DNA from: an uncultured Candidatus Rokubacteria bacterium
GTDB taxonomy: Bacteria; Methylomirabilota; Methylomirabilia; Rokubacteriales; DASRDR01
Reading direction: 5' to 3'
Assembly: GCA_963805625.1 (NCBI GenBank)
Contig: CAWDVE010000011.1
Coordinates: forward strand, 115,481 to 179,480
DNA: 64,000 nucleotides
Shown here: positions 39,363 to 49,104 of the stretch, one piece after another
How positions within the stretch are numbered: position 1 is the stretch's first letter
Layout of the letters: every line of letters starts with the position of its first letter
Made by a program: the position numbers and the translations under genes
The notes under the pieces: generated by a model
The model's input: only the letters and a program-made list of their open reading frames with translations
The model's database searches: none
What the model was told of the DNA's origin: nothing

Positions 39363-40130
39363 CTAGGGACGGGAGGTATTCCTCTCGCGTTTGGCCATCA
39401 CGGTATGCGACCGCGTACACCCCTTGGCGGGTGACGTTCGATATGTCGGTGATGTATCGAGGAAGAACTTGAGGCAGCCAGAGTGCTGGCATCGTCGAAT
39501 ACGACCGAGAGCATCGGGCCGAGTGGCGAAAAGAGCGACGACCGTGTCCATGAAGCGTTGCGTCCTGGGACGATGAGGGGAGTCTCGAGCCCATGACAAG
39601 AACCGCTCGGCATGTTCTCGCGCCTCACGTGCCTTGTGGACGATTGGGTTGACCGGGACGGACTCGATCTCATACTCCTCCGACCCGTCTGCATGTTCGT
39701 GTAACAGTGTCCATTTCACCCCGCGTGTCCCGGGCTCATGATGGGGGGGTGCCTCGGCCAATCCCGCGAGAACGCCAATAAGGGCACAGCCCCAGTCGTA
39801 GCCCTCCTCGAGACTTTCGCGACGAGAGTGCTCCCAGAGGCCAAGCCCGACCTGACAGAGTCGATCGAACTCCAACAACGAATCACGCGGTTCCGGTGTG
39901 TCTTGGCGAGACGGCCCGTCCCTCCACGGAACCGCAGTGTCGTTCTCATACATGTTTGTACGCATCGCATTGATGGCAGCCAAGGTCGCATCCCACAGGC
40001 GAAGCTCCTTGCGAGTGAATGTGGGACGTCTGGGTCGACGCCTCTTGGCCTGTCTGGGAGCCTCATCATCGGTTCTCGCAATTCGGTCGAGCGTCTTGTC
40101 TTGTTGCCGCCGGACTTCGTTCAACGACAC
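39363..40130 (-). CDS. Hypothetical protein with C-terminal CGNR-like zinc finger
   Basis: GRIRRCQHSGCLKFFLDTS...GCTRSH. Start uncertain (GTG 40130). Confidence 0.6.
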   Translation of the reverse strand: MSLNEVRRQQDKTLDRIARTDDEAPRQAKRRRPRRPTFTRKELRLWDATLAAINAMRTNMYENDTAVPWRDGPSRQDTPEPRDSLLEFDRLCQVGLGLWEHSRRESLEEGYDWGCALIGVLAGLAEAPPHHEPGTRGVKWTLLHEHADGSEEYEIESVPVNPIVHKAREAREHAERFLSWARDSPHRPRTQRFMDTVVALFATRPDALGRIRRCQHSGCLKFFLDTSPTYRTSPAKGCTRSHTVMAKRERNTSRP

Positions 40131-40462
40131 CGCATCCGTCCCGGGCCGCCAGTTCGATGGGGTGCCGTCATTTTGCCCGCGGGCAAAATTCGGCTTCGGG
40201 ACTCCGCGGCTTTCAAGTCCGTCCGCGCCTCCGCCTGCCCCAGGTACCGCCCACAGCCGAGGCAGACCGCCACCGGAAAGGGCTTCACCGGCTCCAGCGG
40301 GGTCGTCTCGTCCCGCGTCCAGACCGACTCGGCGATCCAACTCCAGGCGTCCCCCCGCCAGCGTTGGACCTTCCGACCCCACCGCGCCAGCGCCGCCTGC
40401 TCCGCCTGCCGCTCCGCCGGGGTCGGCGGCCGGGTCAGGGGCCGGATCCCGTGGACGCTCAT
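40121..40462 (-). pseudogene. Possible N-terminal stub of a terminase large subunit
   Basis: Directly downstream of terS. WIAESVWTRDE...PVKPFP resembles TerL N-termini from memory. No ATPase motif follows. Confidence 0.35.
40159..40189. repeat. 31-bp repeat copy 1 with perfect 20-bp palindrome
   Basis: ggggtgccgtc-ATTTTGCCCGCGGGCAAAAT, 29/31 identical to 58986-59016. Confidence 0.9.
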
Positions 40463-40555
40463 CCCAGGGTCCGCAGCGCCCGGGCCTTGCGTCACCACGC
40501 ACGTCGTCGGATGGATCACCTCCCGCTGGGCCTCCGTCCGTAGCCATGCCTGAGA

Positions 40556-41251
40556 TCATGGGTCCGCCTCGGGCGTCGCTTCGATCACCGGCGGCGCGTC
40601 CTCGTCGAGCGTCGTCCCCTCGGGAAGATAGCCCTTGATGCGCTCGACGTCGCCCATCACGATCGCCGCGAAAAAGCCCTTCGGGAACAGGGGCCGCGCT
40701 GGCTCGTCGTTTCGGTCCTTCAGGAGGCCGAGGTACTTGGAGAGGTGCCCCAGCGCCGCGATCTTGTCGTGGAGCTTCACCCGAAGGTGCCGCTCCTCCG
40801 TCACCGTCCTGACCTCACCCGGCGGCTGGTAGCTCGGCTCGCCTGGCTCTCCGACCGCCGGCGTTATCCGTGTCGTGGTGCGCGTCGTGCGATGCTCGAT
40901 CACGTCCGCCACGGCCGGTGCCACGTCATCGGGCAGTTCGGCGCTCGCCTTTAGCACGACCCCCTCGGGGCCCCACGTCGCCACGTCGCCCATGTCGGAG
41001 AAGGCGACGCGCCGCAGCTCCTCGAGCACGCGGTCGACGGTGAGATCGGCCTTCCGTAGATAGGCGGCGATCGCGTCCTGGATCCGGGGCTTACGGAGCA
41101 ACTCCGACGCGCCCGAATAGGCGGCCTTGGGCGCATAGCCTGCCGCGATATACGCCCGGCTGGCATTCCCACGGATACCCGGCCGGCCCGCGAGGAAGTG
41201 CTGGACGAACGCCCGTTCCTTGACCGAGAGGCGAGTCCGGGTGCGCGCCAT
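40556..41251 (-). CDS. terS: Phage terminase small subunit
   Basis: LSVKERAFVQHF, NASRAYIAAGY, ASELLRKPRI, VLEELRRVAFSD, VKLHDKIAAL. Confidence 0.9.
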   Translation of the reverse strand: MARTRTRLSVKERAFVQHFLAGRPGIRGNASRAYIAAGYAPKAAYSGASELLRKPRIQDAIAAYLRKADLTVDRVLEELRRVAFSDMGDVATWGPEGVVLKASAELPDDVAPAVADVIEHRTTRTTTRITPAVGEPGEPSYQPPGEVRTVTEERHLRVKLHDKIAALGHLSKYLGLLKDRNDEPARPLFPKGFFAAIVMGDVERIKGYLPEGTTLDEDAPPVIEATPEADP

Positions 41252-41258
41252 CGGCGCG

Positions 41259-41294
41259 AGAGTAGACCGACGCTCGAGAGGCTGCCATTTCTTT
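41259..41294 (-). promoter_or_regulatory. Promoter of terS (twin 1)
   Basis: AAAGAAA-TGGCAG-N17-TACTCT-N7-ATG. Confidence 0.6.
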
Positions 41295-41378
41295 TTCGAG
41301 GCGGCGAGGGAACGAGGGGTCCTCAGTTCGGAAAGGAGCCGCCTTCCAGTGCCGGCCGGTTGGCCTGGCCCCGTCGGC

Positions 41379-41401
41379 AAATCTGCCCGGCGGGCAGATT
41401 T
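41379..41401. repeat. 23-bp palindrome related to the 40170/58997 motif
   Basis: AAATCTGCCCG-g-CGGGCAGATTT. Confidence 0.85.
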
Positions 41402-41410
41402 CGCCCCCCG

Positions 41411-41842
41411 TCACTGCGGTGCCCCCGGCGGCCGAGGCAGCGCGGTACCCTGGCAGCCTCGCAACTGGAGCAACGCCGGATCCCGCCGGACCGTGGCTTC
41501 GAAGAATCGCGGGGGAGGCCCGACGGCCTCGGTAGGTGCGATCAGCACGGCCCGGTGGACGTGGCGAGGGAGCGGGCTCGTTACCGGGGCGGAGACGCGA
41601 CGCTTCCGGGCACCGGGACGAGGACGGCGGGCGGCGGCCTGGAGCTGGGCGCGCTTGGCGTCGGTCAGCCGGCGGCCCCCGCGGGCGCTCCGGCACCGGT
41701 GACAACTGAGTTGCGCGGTGGGGTGCGTGGGGCACGTCGGAGCGACCAGCACGCCGACTTGAGCGAGGACCCCGGCCTTGTCAGCGAGGCTCCTGGCCGC
41801 GTCAAGGCGGCGGAGGATGGCTTGCGCTTGCGTGGGCGTCAT
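41411..41842 (-). CDS. Hypothetical basic protein with CxxH...CxxC
   Basis: MTPTQAQAILRRLDAA...CPTH...CHRC. Preceded by promoter twin 2. Confidence 0.5.
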   Translation of the reverse strand: MTPTQAQAILRRLDAARSLADKAGVLAQVGVLVAPTCPTHPTAQLSCHRCRSARGGRRLTDAKRAQLQAAARRPRPGARKRRVSAPVTSPLPRHVHRAVLIAPTEAVGPPPRFFEATVRRDPALLQLRGCQGTALPRPPGAPQ

Positions 41843-41851
41843 GCAGGGCTG

Positions 41852-41887
41852 AGAGTAGGCGAGTCTGCGAGCTTCTGCCATTTCTTT
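41852..41887 (-). promoter_or_regulatory. Promoter twin 2
   Basis: AAAGAAA-TGGCAG-N17-TACTCT-N9-ATG. Confidence 0.6.
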
Positions 41888-42384
41888 CCGCCGCGCCCGC
41901 CACCGAGAAGCGACGCACCCCTGGCATCCTCGCTCAGCGGCGCTAGATGGCGGAGATGATCGCCGGTGGGGCCAGCTACGGCCAGGCCCCAGAGCTGGTG
42001 GTGCGAGAGTATCCAGCTCTGCCACAGCCGAGTAACTGGATTCTGCCCGCGCCGGCCGAATCGAGGTCCTACGAACGTCCGGTCCGCCGCCGATCTCACG
42101 CCGCGCCCGCCACTGGATCGAGGGGAAGAAGGGAGGGTCATTTGCGACAGCGAAGTCCTTCGTTGGTACGCCAATGGGTATTAGTCGGGCGGCTCATCGA
42201 GGCCTTCAGAGCGTGAGTAGCAAAACACAGGGCCAGCGAAGCCGGAAGAGGCGGCGGCAATCTCAAAAAAGCGAGACTCGTCACAGAGTTGGCGAGGGCC
42301 GTCGGTATGTCCGGCTCCACCTACAACCGGGCCAATTGTCAGGTTTTCTAGGCAGGCTTACGCTCGCACTGGCGCCGACCTCTA

Positions 42385-43755
42385 ATGCTGATAGCCTCTG
42401 CCGGCTGGATCGCCCGAAGAAACCGGACCCTTCTTGCGCGGCTTTTCCGCCCAGGACTATATCTAACTGGTCTATTCGTTATTCTCTTCATGGCTGTCCA
42501 AGCGGTTTTGGCGATTAGCTCCTTGTACTATCTGGAGGCGACACTGATTGGTCGCTTTCACGTCGGACTTCTGATCGCGATTGCGGCGGGTGCCGTGTTG
42601 GGAATAGGTGGCGTGGCGAAGGCAGTGTTCTCTCTCGTTCACGAGGCAGAGCTGTCAGCTATCGGGGTTAGGTTGTCGAAGGATTCAATACCACGCCTCT
42701 GGGCGTTCGTGCGTCGTGTGGCCGATTCCGTCGGGACTGCGCCTCCCGAGAACATAGTCCTAGGCCTCGAACCAAACTTCTTCGTCACTTACGCGAAAGT
42801 GAGGACGCCTACAGCCGCGCTCAGTGGACGGACTCTCTTCATGTCGTTGCCACTAATGCGCATCCTGGCCGAAAAGGAAATTGCCGCGATCCTTGGACAC
42901 GAACTTGGTCACTACCGTGGAGCCGATACGGATTACAGTCTGCGGTTCTATCCGATATACCGGGGGACGTCGAATGCCCTTCATGCATTGAACGCAACGG
43001 GAGGCGCTGCCCTCGCTCAGTTGCCCGCAGTGGCAACCCTCTCCTACTTTCTCGATGCGTTTGCCGAGGCCGAGAAAGGGATTTCACGAGAGCGAGAGCT
43101 TGTCGCGGATTCGGTAGGTGCCGAAGTAGGCGGCCCGGAGGCGATGGCAACGGCACTGGTGAAGGTTCACGCGTACGATGGTTGTTGGCCCTTCCTCCTG
43201 TCGAGGATGGTCGAAGGGCTTGCGCATGGGAAGGTATTGGCGAACGCGTGTGAAGGGTATTCCGCGTTGATTGCTCGCACTAACGATCAGGATGACGTAT
43301 TTGCGCAGTTGGGTAACCATCGGACGAGCCATCCGACAGACTCTCATCCGCCCCTGAGCCTACGCTTGGAAAGATGTGGTTACACCGTCGAAGGGTTGGC
43401 CCGGAGTGTCCGCCTGGCCCACCCGCAAGGTGTGATCGATGGCCTGGAAGTTCCCTCGGAATGGGAGCGCGAGGCAACGAAGACCCAGTATGCACTCATC
43501 GAACGATTTCTAGAGAGTCCGAATGCTGTTCGCAATGCGGCGGTCTGCGAGTGGTCGGATCTCGAAAGCGAGCAGGCGATCGGTTCTAAGAAGAGCGCAT
43601 CGATGCCTCATGTCTTCTCTCGTGGCAGCACCCCGCAAACACCTCCTTCGGTGCAGTGCTGGCGGTGCAAGCAACCGCTGCGGACGAGCGGCGCAAAGCC
43701 TGGCGCACACGTGAAATGTCAATCCTGCGGGACGAAGCAAGCATTGCCACTGTGA
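42385..43755 (+). CDS. M48/HtpX-like membrane zinc metalloprotease with C-terminal zinc ribbon
   Basis: TMs, AILGHELGH, SRERELVAD, DSHPPLSLRL, CWRC...CQSC. Visibly lower GC. N-terminus may extend upstream. Confidence 0.85.
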   Translation: MLIASAGWIARRNRTLLARLFRPGLYLTGLFVILFMAVQAVLAISSLYYLEATLIGRFHVGLLIAIAAGAVLGIGGVAKAVFSLVHEAELSAIGVRLSKDSIPRLWAFVRRVADSVGTAPPENIVLGLEPNFFVTYAKVRTPTAALSGRTLFMSLPLMRILAEKEIAAILGHELGHYRGADTDYSLRFYPIYRGTSNALHALNATGGAALAQLPAVATLSYFLDAFAEAEKGISRERELVADSVGAEVGGPEAMATALVKVHAYDGCWPFLLSRMVEGLAHGKVLANACEGYSALIARTNDQDDVFAQLGNHRTSHPTDSHPPLSLRLERCGYTVEGLARSVRLAHPQGVIDGLEVPSEWEREATKTQYALIERFLESPNAVRNAAVCEWSDLESEQAIGSKKSASMPHVFSRGSTPQTPPSVQCWRCKQPLRTSGAKPGAHVKCQSCGTKQALPL

Positions 43756-43819
43756 CGGAACCCTCATGGGTCGGTTGCTTCGGGCGTGTGTCACGCTCAC
43801 GACCGTCTACGATGCCGGG

Positions 43820-43906
43820 CGGCGGGGAAATAGGGTGCCACAGACTATCATGCTCCAGCGCCTCGCCCAGGCCCTCGGCGTGCCGGTGATGCGACTGCTC
43901 GAATAG
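43820..43906 (+). pseudogene. C-terminal stub of an XRE-family HTH repressor
   Basis: GNRVPQTIMLQRLAQALGVPVMRLLE*, followed immediately by RBS aaggagg. Confidence 0.7.
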
Positions 43907-43922
43907 AAAGGAGGCTATCGAG

Positions 43923-44174
43923 GTGAAGCGGGCGAGCGAGAAACCAGACGATCTACTGGTCGAGCAGCCTGGGCCTTACAGCCAAGCCGAACTTACCCGC
44001 CGACTGAAGGTCGCGATCGAGAACCTCGAAGCGGAGTTGGTGAAGCAGCAGACGAGCTCGAACACGCTGGCCGGGCGTCTTGAGATTCTGACGCGCCGTC
44101 TGCTCTGGTTCACGATCGCCCTCTTCGTGGTCGCGATTGTCCAGGTGGCCATCACCGCCTGGCCGGTGCGCTGA
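43923..44174 (+). CDS. Small coiled-coil + C-terminal TM protein
   Basis: Strong RBS. LTRRLLWFTIALFVVAIVQVAI. Confidence 0.7.
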   Translation: MKRASEKPDDLLVEQPGPYSQAELTRRLKVAIENLEAELVKQQTSSNTLAGRLEILTRRLLWFTIALFVVAIVQVAITAWPVR

Positions 44175-44452
44175 CGCGCGAGGCCATCCAGTTAAGGCTC
44201 CAACGCGCGAAGGAGGTCAGTCTGATGCTGCTGCTTGCCTATGTGCTGGCGCTCGCGGCAGGAGTAGAGCCATTGTGGCTTCCCATCCTCCGTATCTTGG
44301 CATTGGCCGAGGGAGCCGTGCTCGCCTTAGAAACGGCATCTCGAGGGCTGAGTCTGATCGTTTCACTGATACCCCAATCCGTTCCTTCACCACCGTCGCC
44401 GCCTCACTGCGTGACCTGCTGTCCGGAGCGATCCAGCGATGCGAATGTGTAG

Positions 44453-44788
44453 CGCGCGATCTCATGGTGTCTGGGCTGTTTCCTCGCCATCCTCACCCTT
44501 CCTATCGTCGCGGTCGCCGAATGCTCATGGGTGCTGTGGGCAGCGCAGGAGGTGTCCGTCAAGGGCGGACCCTATCAGCCTTTGCCAATGAGTCTAATGA
44601 GCGCTCACACGAGCGCCAAGGACTGCATTGCGAAACTCGATAGCCTTCAATCGGGTCATGATTCCCGCTGGGCAGCGACACGACTTGACCGCTACATGAA
44701 CATTCAAGAGAGAAACGAGACGATTCACATCCAGTGGCAGTGTCTTCCGGATTCGGTAGATCCTCGCGGATCGAGGGCGAAGCCTTAA
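44453..44788 (+). CDS. Small secreted WVLW...CLPD protein (start codon damaged)
   Basis: In-frame signal peptide SWCLGCFLAILTLPIVAVA-ECSWVLW ... WQCLPDSVDPRG. An in-frame GTG-TAG at 44447-44452 precedes it. Confidence 0.6.
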   Translation, partial: RAISWCLGCFLAILTLPIVAVAECSWVLWAAQEVSVKGGPYQPLPMSLMSAHTSAKDCIAKLDSLQSGHDSRWAATRLDRYMNIQERNETIHIQWQCLPDSVDPRGSRAKP

Positions 44789-44832
44789 CGGTGGACACCA
44801 CGGCCGACTGCTACATGTACGCGGGGGTGCGA

Positions 44833-45396
44833 ATGATGGAAGAGTTCACCAAAATTCTCGTGTCGTCGGTTATCGCGGCCGCTGCCGGCCTGTTGGGTGT
44901 GTACGTTGGGTCCCGAATGAGCCTGGCCCGCGACCGCGCTGAACGCCGCCATAGATTTCTGAGGGCGCAACTCGAGGAATTCTACGCACCGTTGTTCGGC
45001 GTGCGCCAGGAGATCCGGGCAAAGAGCGTGTTCCGCCAGAAAGTTCGGTCTGCGACGCCTGCCCTCGATCCACTGTCGGAACGCGATACAAAGGCTTTCG
45101 AGCGGATGATCGAGTACGACAACAAGGCCCTAGAGGAGGACCTCATCCCAGGTTATCGGCAGATGGTCACAATCTTCAAAGAGAAGATTGGTTTCGCGGA
45201 GGAGTCCACGGTGGCCGAGTACTACCCCCTGTTGGAGTTCGTGGAGACTTGGACCCGATCACAGAAAGGTGGGCTCCCTGGTACTGTGCTCCAGCAGATC
45301 GGGCACGAGGAAGAGCGTGTCTATCCCCTCTACGACGATATCGAACACCAGGTCAAGCGGCTGCGGTCAGAGTTACGCGCTGGGGGAACCTCCTAA
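44833..45396 (+). CDS. N-terminal TM hypothetical protein
   Basis: ILVSSVIAAAAGLLGVYVG...QLEEFYAPL. Helical body and lower GC. Confidence 0.75.
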   Translation: MMEEFTKILVSSVIAAAAGLLGVYVGSRMSLARDRAERRHRFLRAQLEEFYAPLFGVRQEIRAKSVFRQKVRSATPALDPLSERDTKAFERMIEYDNKALEEDLIPGYRQMVTIFKEKIGFAEESTVAEYYPLLEFVETWTRSQKGGLPGTVLQQIGHEEERVYPLYDDIEHQVKRLRSELRAGGTS

Positions 45397-45479
45397 TGAT
45401 CGCCGCCATCTACGCCCGCAAGAGCACCGAACAAGGCGGGGAAGAAACTCGGGAACGAGTGACGCAATGTCCCTGCTAG
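45396..45479 (+). pseudogene. N-terminal stub of a second serine recombinase
   Basis: MIAAIYARKSTEQ (catalytic YxRxS motif), TAATG-coupled to the upstream gene, then unrelated sequence. Confidence 0.8.
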
Positions 45480-46089
45480 AGAGGAGTGCGCGGTGCGGCC
45501 GGATGACGTGACCGCAAATCACTATGTCGCCGACAGCGAGAAATGGCGACAGGAGCGGGGGCCGATCCCCGAAGACCTGAAGACGATCATCCGACGGACG
45601 GCGAAGGAGATCGCGCACCTCACGACGAAGCGGCACAGCGCAGGATCGCCGGCCAAGGCATGGAACCCAGAGCCCCTCTACCGGGCCTTCTGCGCCCCCT
45701 TGCGCACGCTTGCGGAACATGTGCCAGCAAGGCGTCTAGACGGCGGCGTTAGGTTCTTCATTGCCCAGCTTCCTCAACCCCCTGTGGCCTGAGAGTTGGC
45801 GCGCCGTGACGCCTCAGACCTGGCTCGACGCGCATGGACGGCCCCGCCCGACTCGCGCCTCTGGACCTGTGGCCGCGAGGTCGCCCCGATGCGATTCTGG
45901 GCGAGCGACCTGCGCCCGCACGGCTGGCGGCCGCCACAAACGCTCCAGATCCCGGACTGGTGCGGCTGTACGACGGAGTATCTGCCGGTGCCGACTGGCG
46001 ACGCTTGGTGGCAGATGGTCCCAATCTGGGAACCCGACCAGACCGTGAACCCGCTGCGGCGGTACGGGCCGCCCGGCTCCAGGGCTCAC

Positions 46090-46470
46090 CTGAGTCGAAT
46101 GGGGCGGCCGAGATCGGACGCCGGATCGCCACGCTCCGCCAGCGCCTCGGGGCTCTCCCAGGTCGCGTTCGCCCGTCAGGTGGGCACCTCGCGGAACGCG
46201 CTCATGACCTACGAACGCGGCGGTCGGATGCCGAAGAGCGCGACCCTCGCGCGGATCGCCGAGGCTGGGGGCGTCTCGGTCGATTGGCTCCTCGGTCGCG
46301 ACGGAGGCAGCTCCAAGCCGAATGACCGCCGCCGCGGGGACCGGGCGTGGGAGTCGGCCATCGAGGCCCTGCAGGTGCTCTGGCTGGACCCACGCCGCCG
46401 GCGCGTGGCCCTGGACGTGCTGCTCGCTCTCCGTGACGCGCCACGGGACGGGCTTCGCCGGCGACCGTGA
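46090..46470 (+). CDS. XRE-family HTH regulator (one frameshift in GGGG near 46150)
   Basis: EIGRRIATLRQRLG + LSQVAFARQVGTSRNALMTYERGGRMP...VSVDWLL. Start uncertain. Confidence 0.7.
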   Translation: MSRMGRPRSDAGSPRSASASGLSQVAFARQVGTSRNALMTYERGGRMPKSATLARIAEAGGVSVDWLLGRDGGSSKPNDRRRGDRAWESAIEALQVLWLDPRRRRVALDVLLALRDAPRDGLRRRP

Positions 46471-46507
46471 TGGAAACCCGCCGACCCCCGGCGCCGCCCC
46501 GTGATCC

Positions 46508-46536
46508 TTGACCCCCAGAGGGCCTCCGGCTAAGCT
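46508..46536 (+). promoter_or_regulatory. Sigma70-like promoter
   Basis: TTGACC-N17-TAAGCT upstream of 46594. Confidence 0.5.
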
Positions 46537-46593
46537 CGCCCCACTCGTCCGCCGTGGGCAACCGACCCGGCTGCCCCAAGTGGAGGCCCCGGC

Positions 46594-49104
46594 ATGCAGT
46601 GTCCCCGGTGCCATCAGGACAACCCGCCGCACGCCAGGTTCTGCCTGGGCTGTGGGACGCCCGCGGACACCATAGCCACGCCCTACGCAGACCTAAAGGA
46701 CGAGCTCGAGCGCCTGAGGAGCTCGCTGAGCGAGGCGCTGGAGCAGCAGACCGCCACGGCCGAGATCCTCCGGGTGATCTCCAGCTCGCCGACCGATCTC
46801 GGGCCGGTCATGGAGGCCGTCGCCGAGAACGCCGCCCGGGTATGCGGGGCGACGGATTCGTCGATCTTCCGTCTCGAGGGAGAGCATCTGCGTTCGGTGG
46901 CCCGGTATGGATCGGTCCCCAGACGACTGGCGATCGGAGACACCCTCCCCGTCAGTCGCGGCTACGTAGGCGGCCGGGCCGTGGGCGACCGGCGGACGAT
47001 CCACGTCGAGGACATCCTGGCGGCCGAGGCGGAGTTCCCGGAAGCCGTGTCCAGCCTCAGGCAGGCGCGGTCCCTCAACCGGACCATGGTGGCCACGCCG
47101 TTGCTGCGCGAGGGCACGCCGCTGGGCGTCATCGTCGTCCATCGAGGGCCCGAACCCAATCCCTTCTCGGCCAAGCAGATCGCGCTCCTCGAGACGTTCG
47201 CCAACCAGGCCGTGATCGCGATCGAGAACGTGCGCCTGTTCAAGGAACTGGAAGAGCGCAACCGCGATCTGGCGGAGGCGCTCGAGCAGCAGACGGCGAC
47301 TGCCGAAGTGCTCAAAGTGATCAGCCGCTCGACCTTTGACCTCCAGCCTGTGCTGGACACGCTGGTCGAGAACGCGACCCGGCTCTGCGAGGGGGAGTTG
47401 GGTGTGATTTGCCGCATCGAAGAGGATGGCTACCAGCGGTGCGTCGCAGTATACGGCCCGTCGGTGCCCGAATTCCGCGATCTGCTGGCGGGCCAGCGTA
47501 TCCCGCCGGGACGCCAGTCGGTGACGGGGCGGGTGGCGCTGGAGCGGCAGACGGTCCACCTCCCCGATGTTCTGGCTGACCCGGAGTACGAGATGCCGGA
47601 GCACCAGCGGCTCGGTGGCTTTCGCAGCCTGCTGGGCGTGCCGATCCTGCGCGAGGGTGAGCCGATCGGCGTTTTCGATGTCGTGCGGAGAGACGTTCGC
47701 CCGTTCAGCCGTAGACAGATCGAGCTTCTGGAGACCTTTGCCGACCAGGCCGTCATCGCCATCGAGAACGTCCGACTGTTCACCGAGCTGCAGGAACGCA
47801 CCCGTGAGCTGGCGCGGTCCGTGGAGGAGCTCCAAGCATTGAGTGAGGTCGGGCGAGCGGTAAGCTCGACGCTCGACCTCCCGACCGTCCTCACCACGAT
47901 CGTGGCCCGTGCCGTCCAGCTCTCCGCCACGAGCGGCGGCGTGATCTACGAGTACGACGAGGCCCGCCAGGAGTTCCAGCTACGGGCCAGCTACCGGACC
48001 GAGGCAGAGCTCGTCGAAGTGCTCCGGGCAAGGCCGATCCGTCTCGGGGAAGGGGCCACCGGCCAGGCCGCACTGCGGCGGGCTCCGGTCGAGGTACCCG
48101 ATACGCTGGATGATCGCGAACTCCAGATCACGCAGCTGGCCCGTTCGACCTTGAACCAGCTCGGCTACCGCTCGATTCTCGGCGTTCCGCTCCTCCTCGA
48201 CCAGGGAATCCTGGGCGCGCTGACCGTCTGGCGGCGAGAACCCGGGAGCTTTCCGCCCGAGACCGTGAACCTTCTCCAGACGTTTGCCATCCAGTCGGCG
48301 CTCGCGATCCAGAACGCGCGCCTGTTCCGAGAGATTGCGGACAAGAGCCGCCAACTGGAGGCGGCCAGCCGCCACAAGTCGGAGTTCCTGGCCAACATGT
48401 CGCATGAGCTCCGGACGCCGCTGAACGCGATCCTCGGCTTCTCGGAGGTGCTGGCCGAGCGGATGTTTGGGGAGGTCAACGAGAAGCAGGCCGAGTACCT
48501 GCAGGATATCCTGTCGTCAGGCCGGCATCTCCTCTCCCTGATCAACGACATTCTCGACCTGTCCAAGGTGGAGGCCGGCCGGCTCGAGTTGGAGCTCGGG
48601 CGATTCCATCTGCCCACGGCCCTGGACAATGCGCTGACCCTGGTCCGGGAGCGAGCGACCCGGCACGGGATCACGCTCAACCAGACCGTGGACTCGGGGG
48701 TGGCGGACATCGTGGCGGACGAGCGGAAGGTCAAACAGATCCTGTTGAACCTCCTCTCCAACGCCGTGAAGTTCACCCCGGAGGGCGGTCGGGTCGGGCT
48801 GACCGCCACAACGGCCGACGGCGTCATCACGATCGCCGTCAGCGACACCGGGATCGGGATCGCGCCCGAGGATCAGGCGGCCATTTTCGAGGAGTTCCGC
48901 CAGGTGGGGCGCGAGGACGCCCGCAAGCAGGAGGGCACGGGGCTTGGTTTGACACTGGCCAAGAAGTTCGTGGAGCTGCACGGGGGGCGGATCGGGGTCC
49001 AGAGCCAGGTGGGTCAGGGGTCGACGTTCAGTTTCACGCTGCCCGTTCGGCTTGACGAAAGGGGCGCGAGCGATCAGGGCGGAGGCGAGCCCCCACGGCC
49101 ATGA
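46594..49104 (+). CDS. Zinc-ribbon + triple-GAF histidine kinase
   Basis: CPRC...CLGC, three GAF repeats ([15 protein letters not shown]), [22 protein letters not shown]. Confidence 0.93.
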   Translation: MQCPRCHQDNPPHARFCLGCGTPADTIATPYADLKDELERLRSSLSEALEQQTATAEILRVISSSPTDLGPVMEAVAENAARVCGATDSSIFRLEGEHLRSVARYGSVPRRLAIGDTLPVSRGYVGGRAVGDRRTIHVEDILAAEAEFPEAVSSLRQARSLNRTMVATPLLREGTPLGVIVVHRGPEPNPFSAKQIALLETFANQAVIAIENVRLFKELEERNRDLAEALEQQTATAEVLKVISRSTFDLQPVLDTLVENATRLCEGELGVICRIEEDGYQRCVAVYGPSVPEFRDLLAGQRIPPGRQSVTGRVALERQTVHLPDVLADPEYEMPEHQRLGGFRSLLGVPILREGEPIGVFDVVRRDVRPFSRRQIELLETFADQAVIAIENVRLFTELQERTRELARSVEELQALSEVGRAVSSTLDLPTVLTTIVARAVQLSATSGGVIYEYDEARQEFQLRASYRTEAELVEVLRARPIRLGEGATGQAALRRAPVEVPDTLDDRELQITQLARSTLNQLGYRSILGVPLLLDQGILGALTVWRREPGSFPPETVNLLQTFAIQSALAIQNARLFREIADKSRQLEAASRHKSEFLANMSHELRTPLNAILGFSEVLAERMFGEVNEKQAEYLQDILSSGRHLLSLINDILDLSKVEAGRLELELGRFHLPTALDNALTLVRERATRHGITLNQTVDSGVADIVADERKVKQILLNLLSNAVKFTPEGGRVGLTATTADGVITIAVSDTGIGIAPEDQAAIFEEFRQVGREDARKQEGTGLGLTLAKKFVELHGGRIGVQSQVGQGSTFSFTLPVRLDERGASDQGGGEPPRP

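Larger units (their letters stand above)
33860..41890 (-). mobile_element. Phage-satellite-like integrated element (left part of a larger island; right boundary not seen)
   Basis: Co-directional terS, HTH, primase/helicase and large serine recombinase, with no capsid or tail genes. Interrupts a host kinase. Confidence 0.7.
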
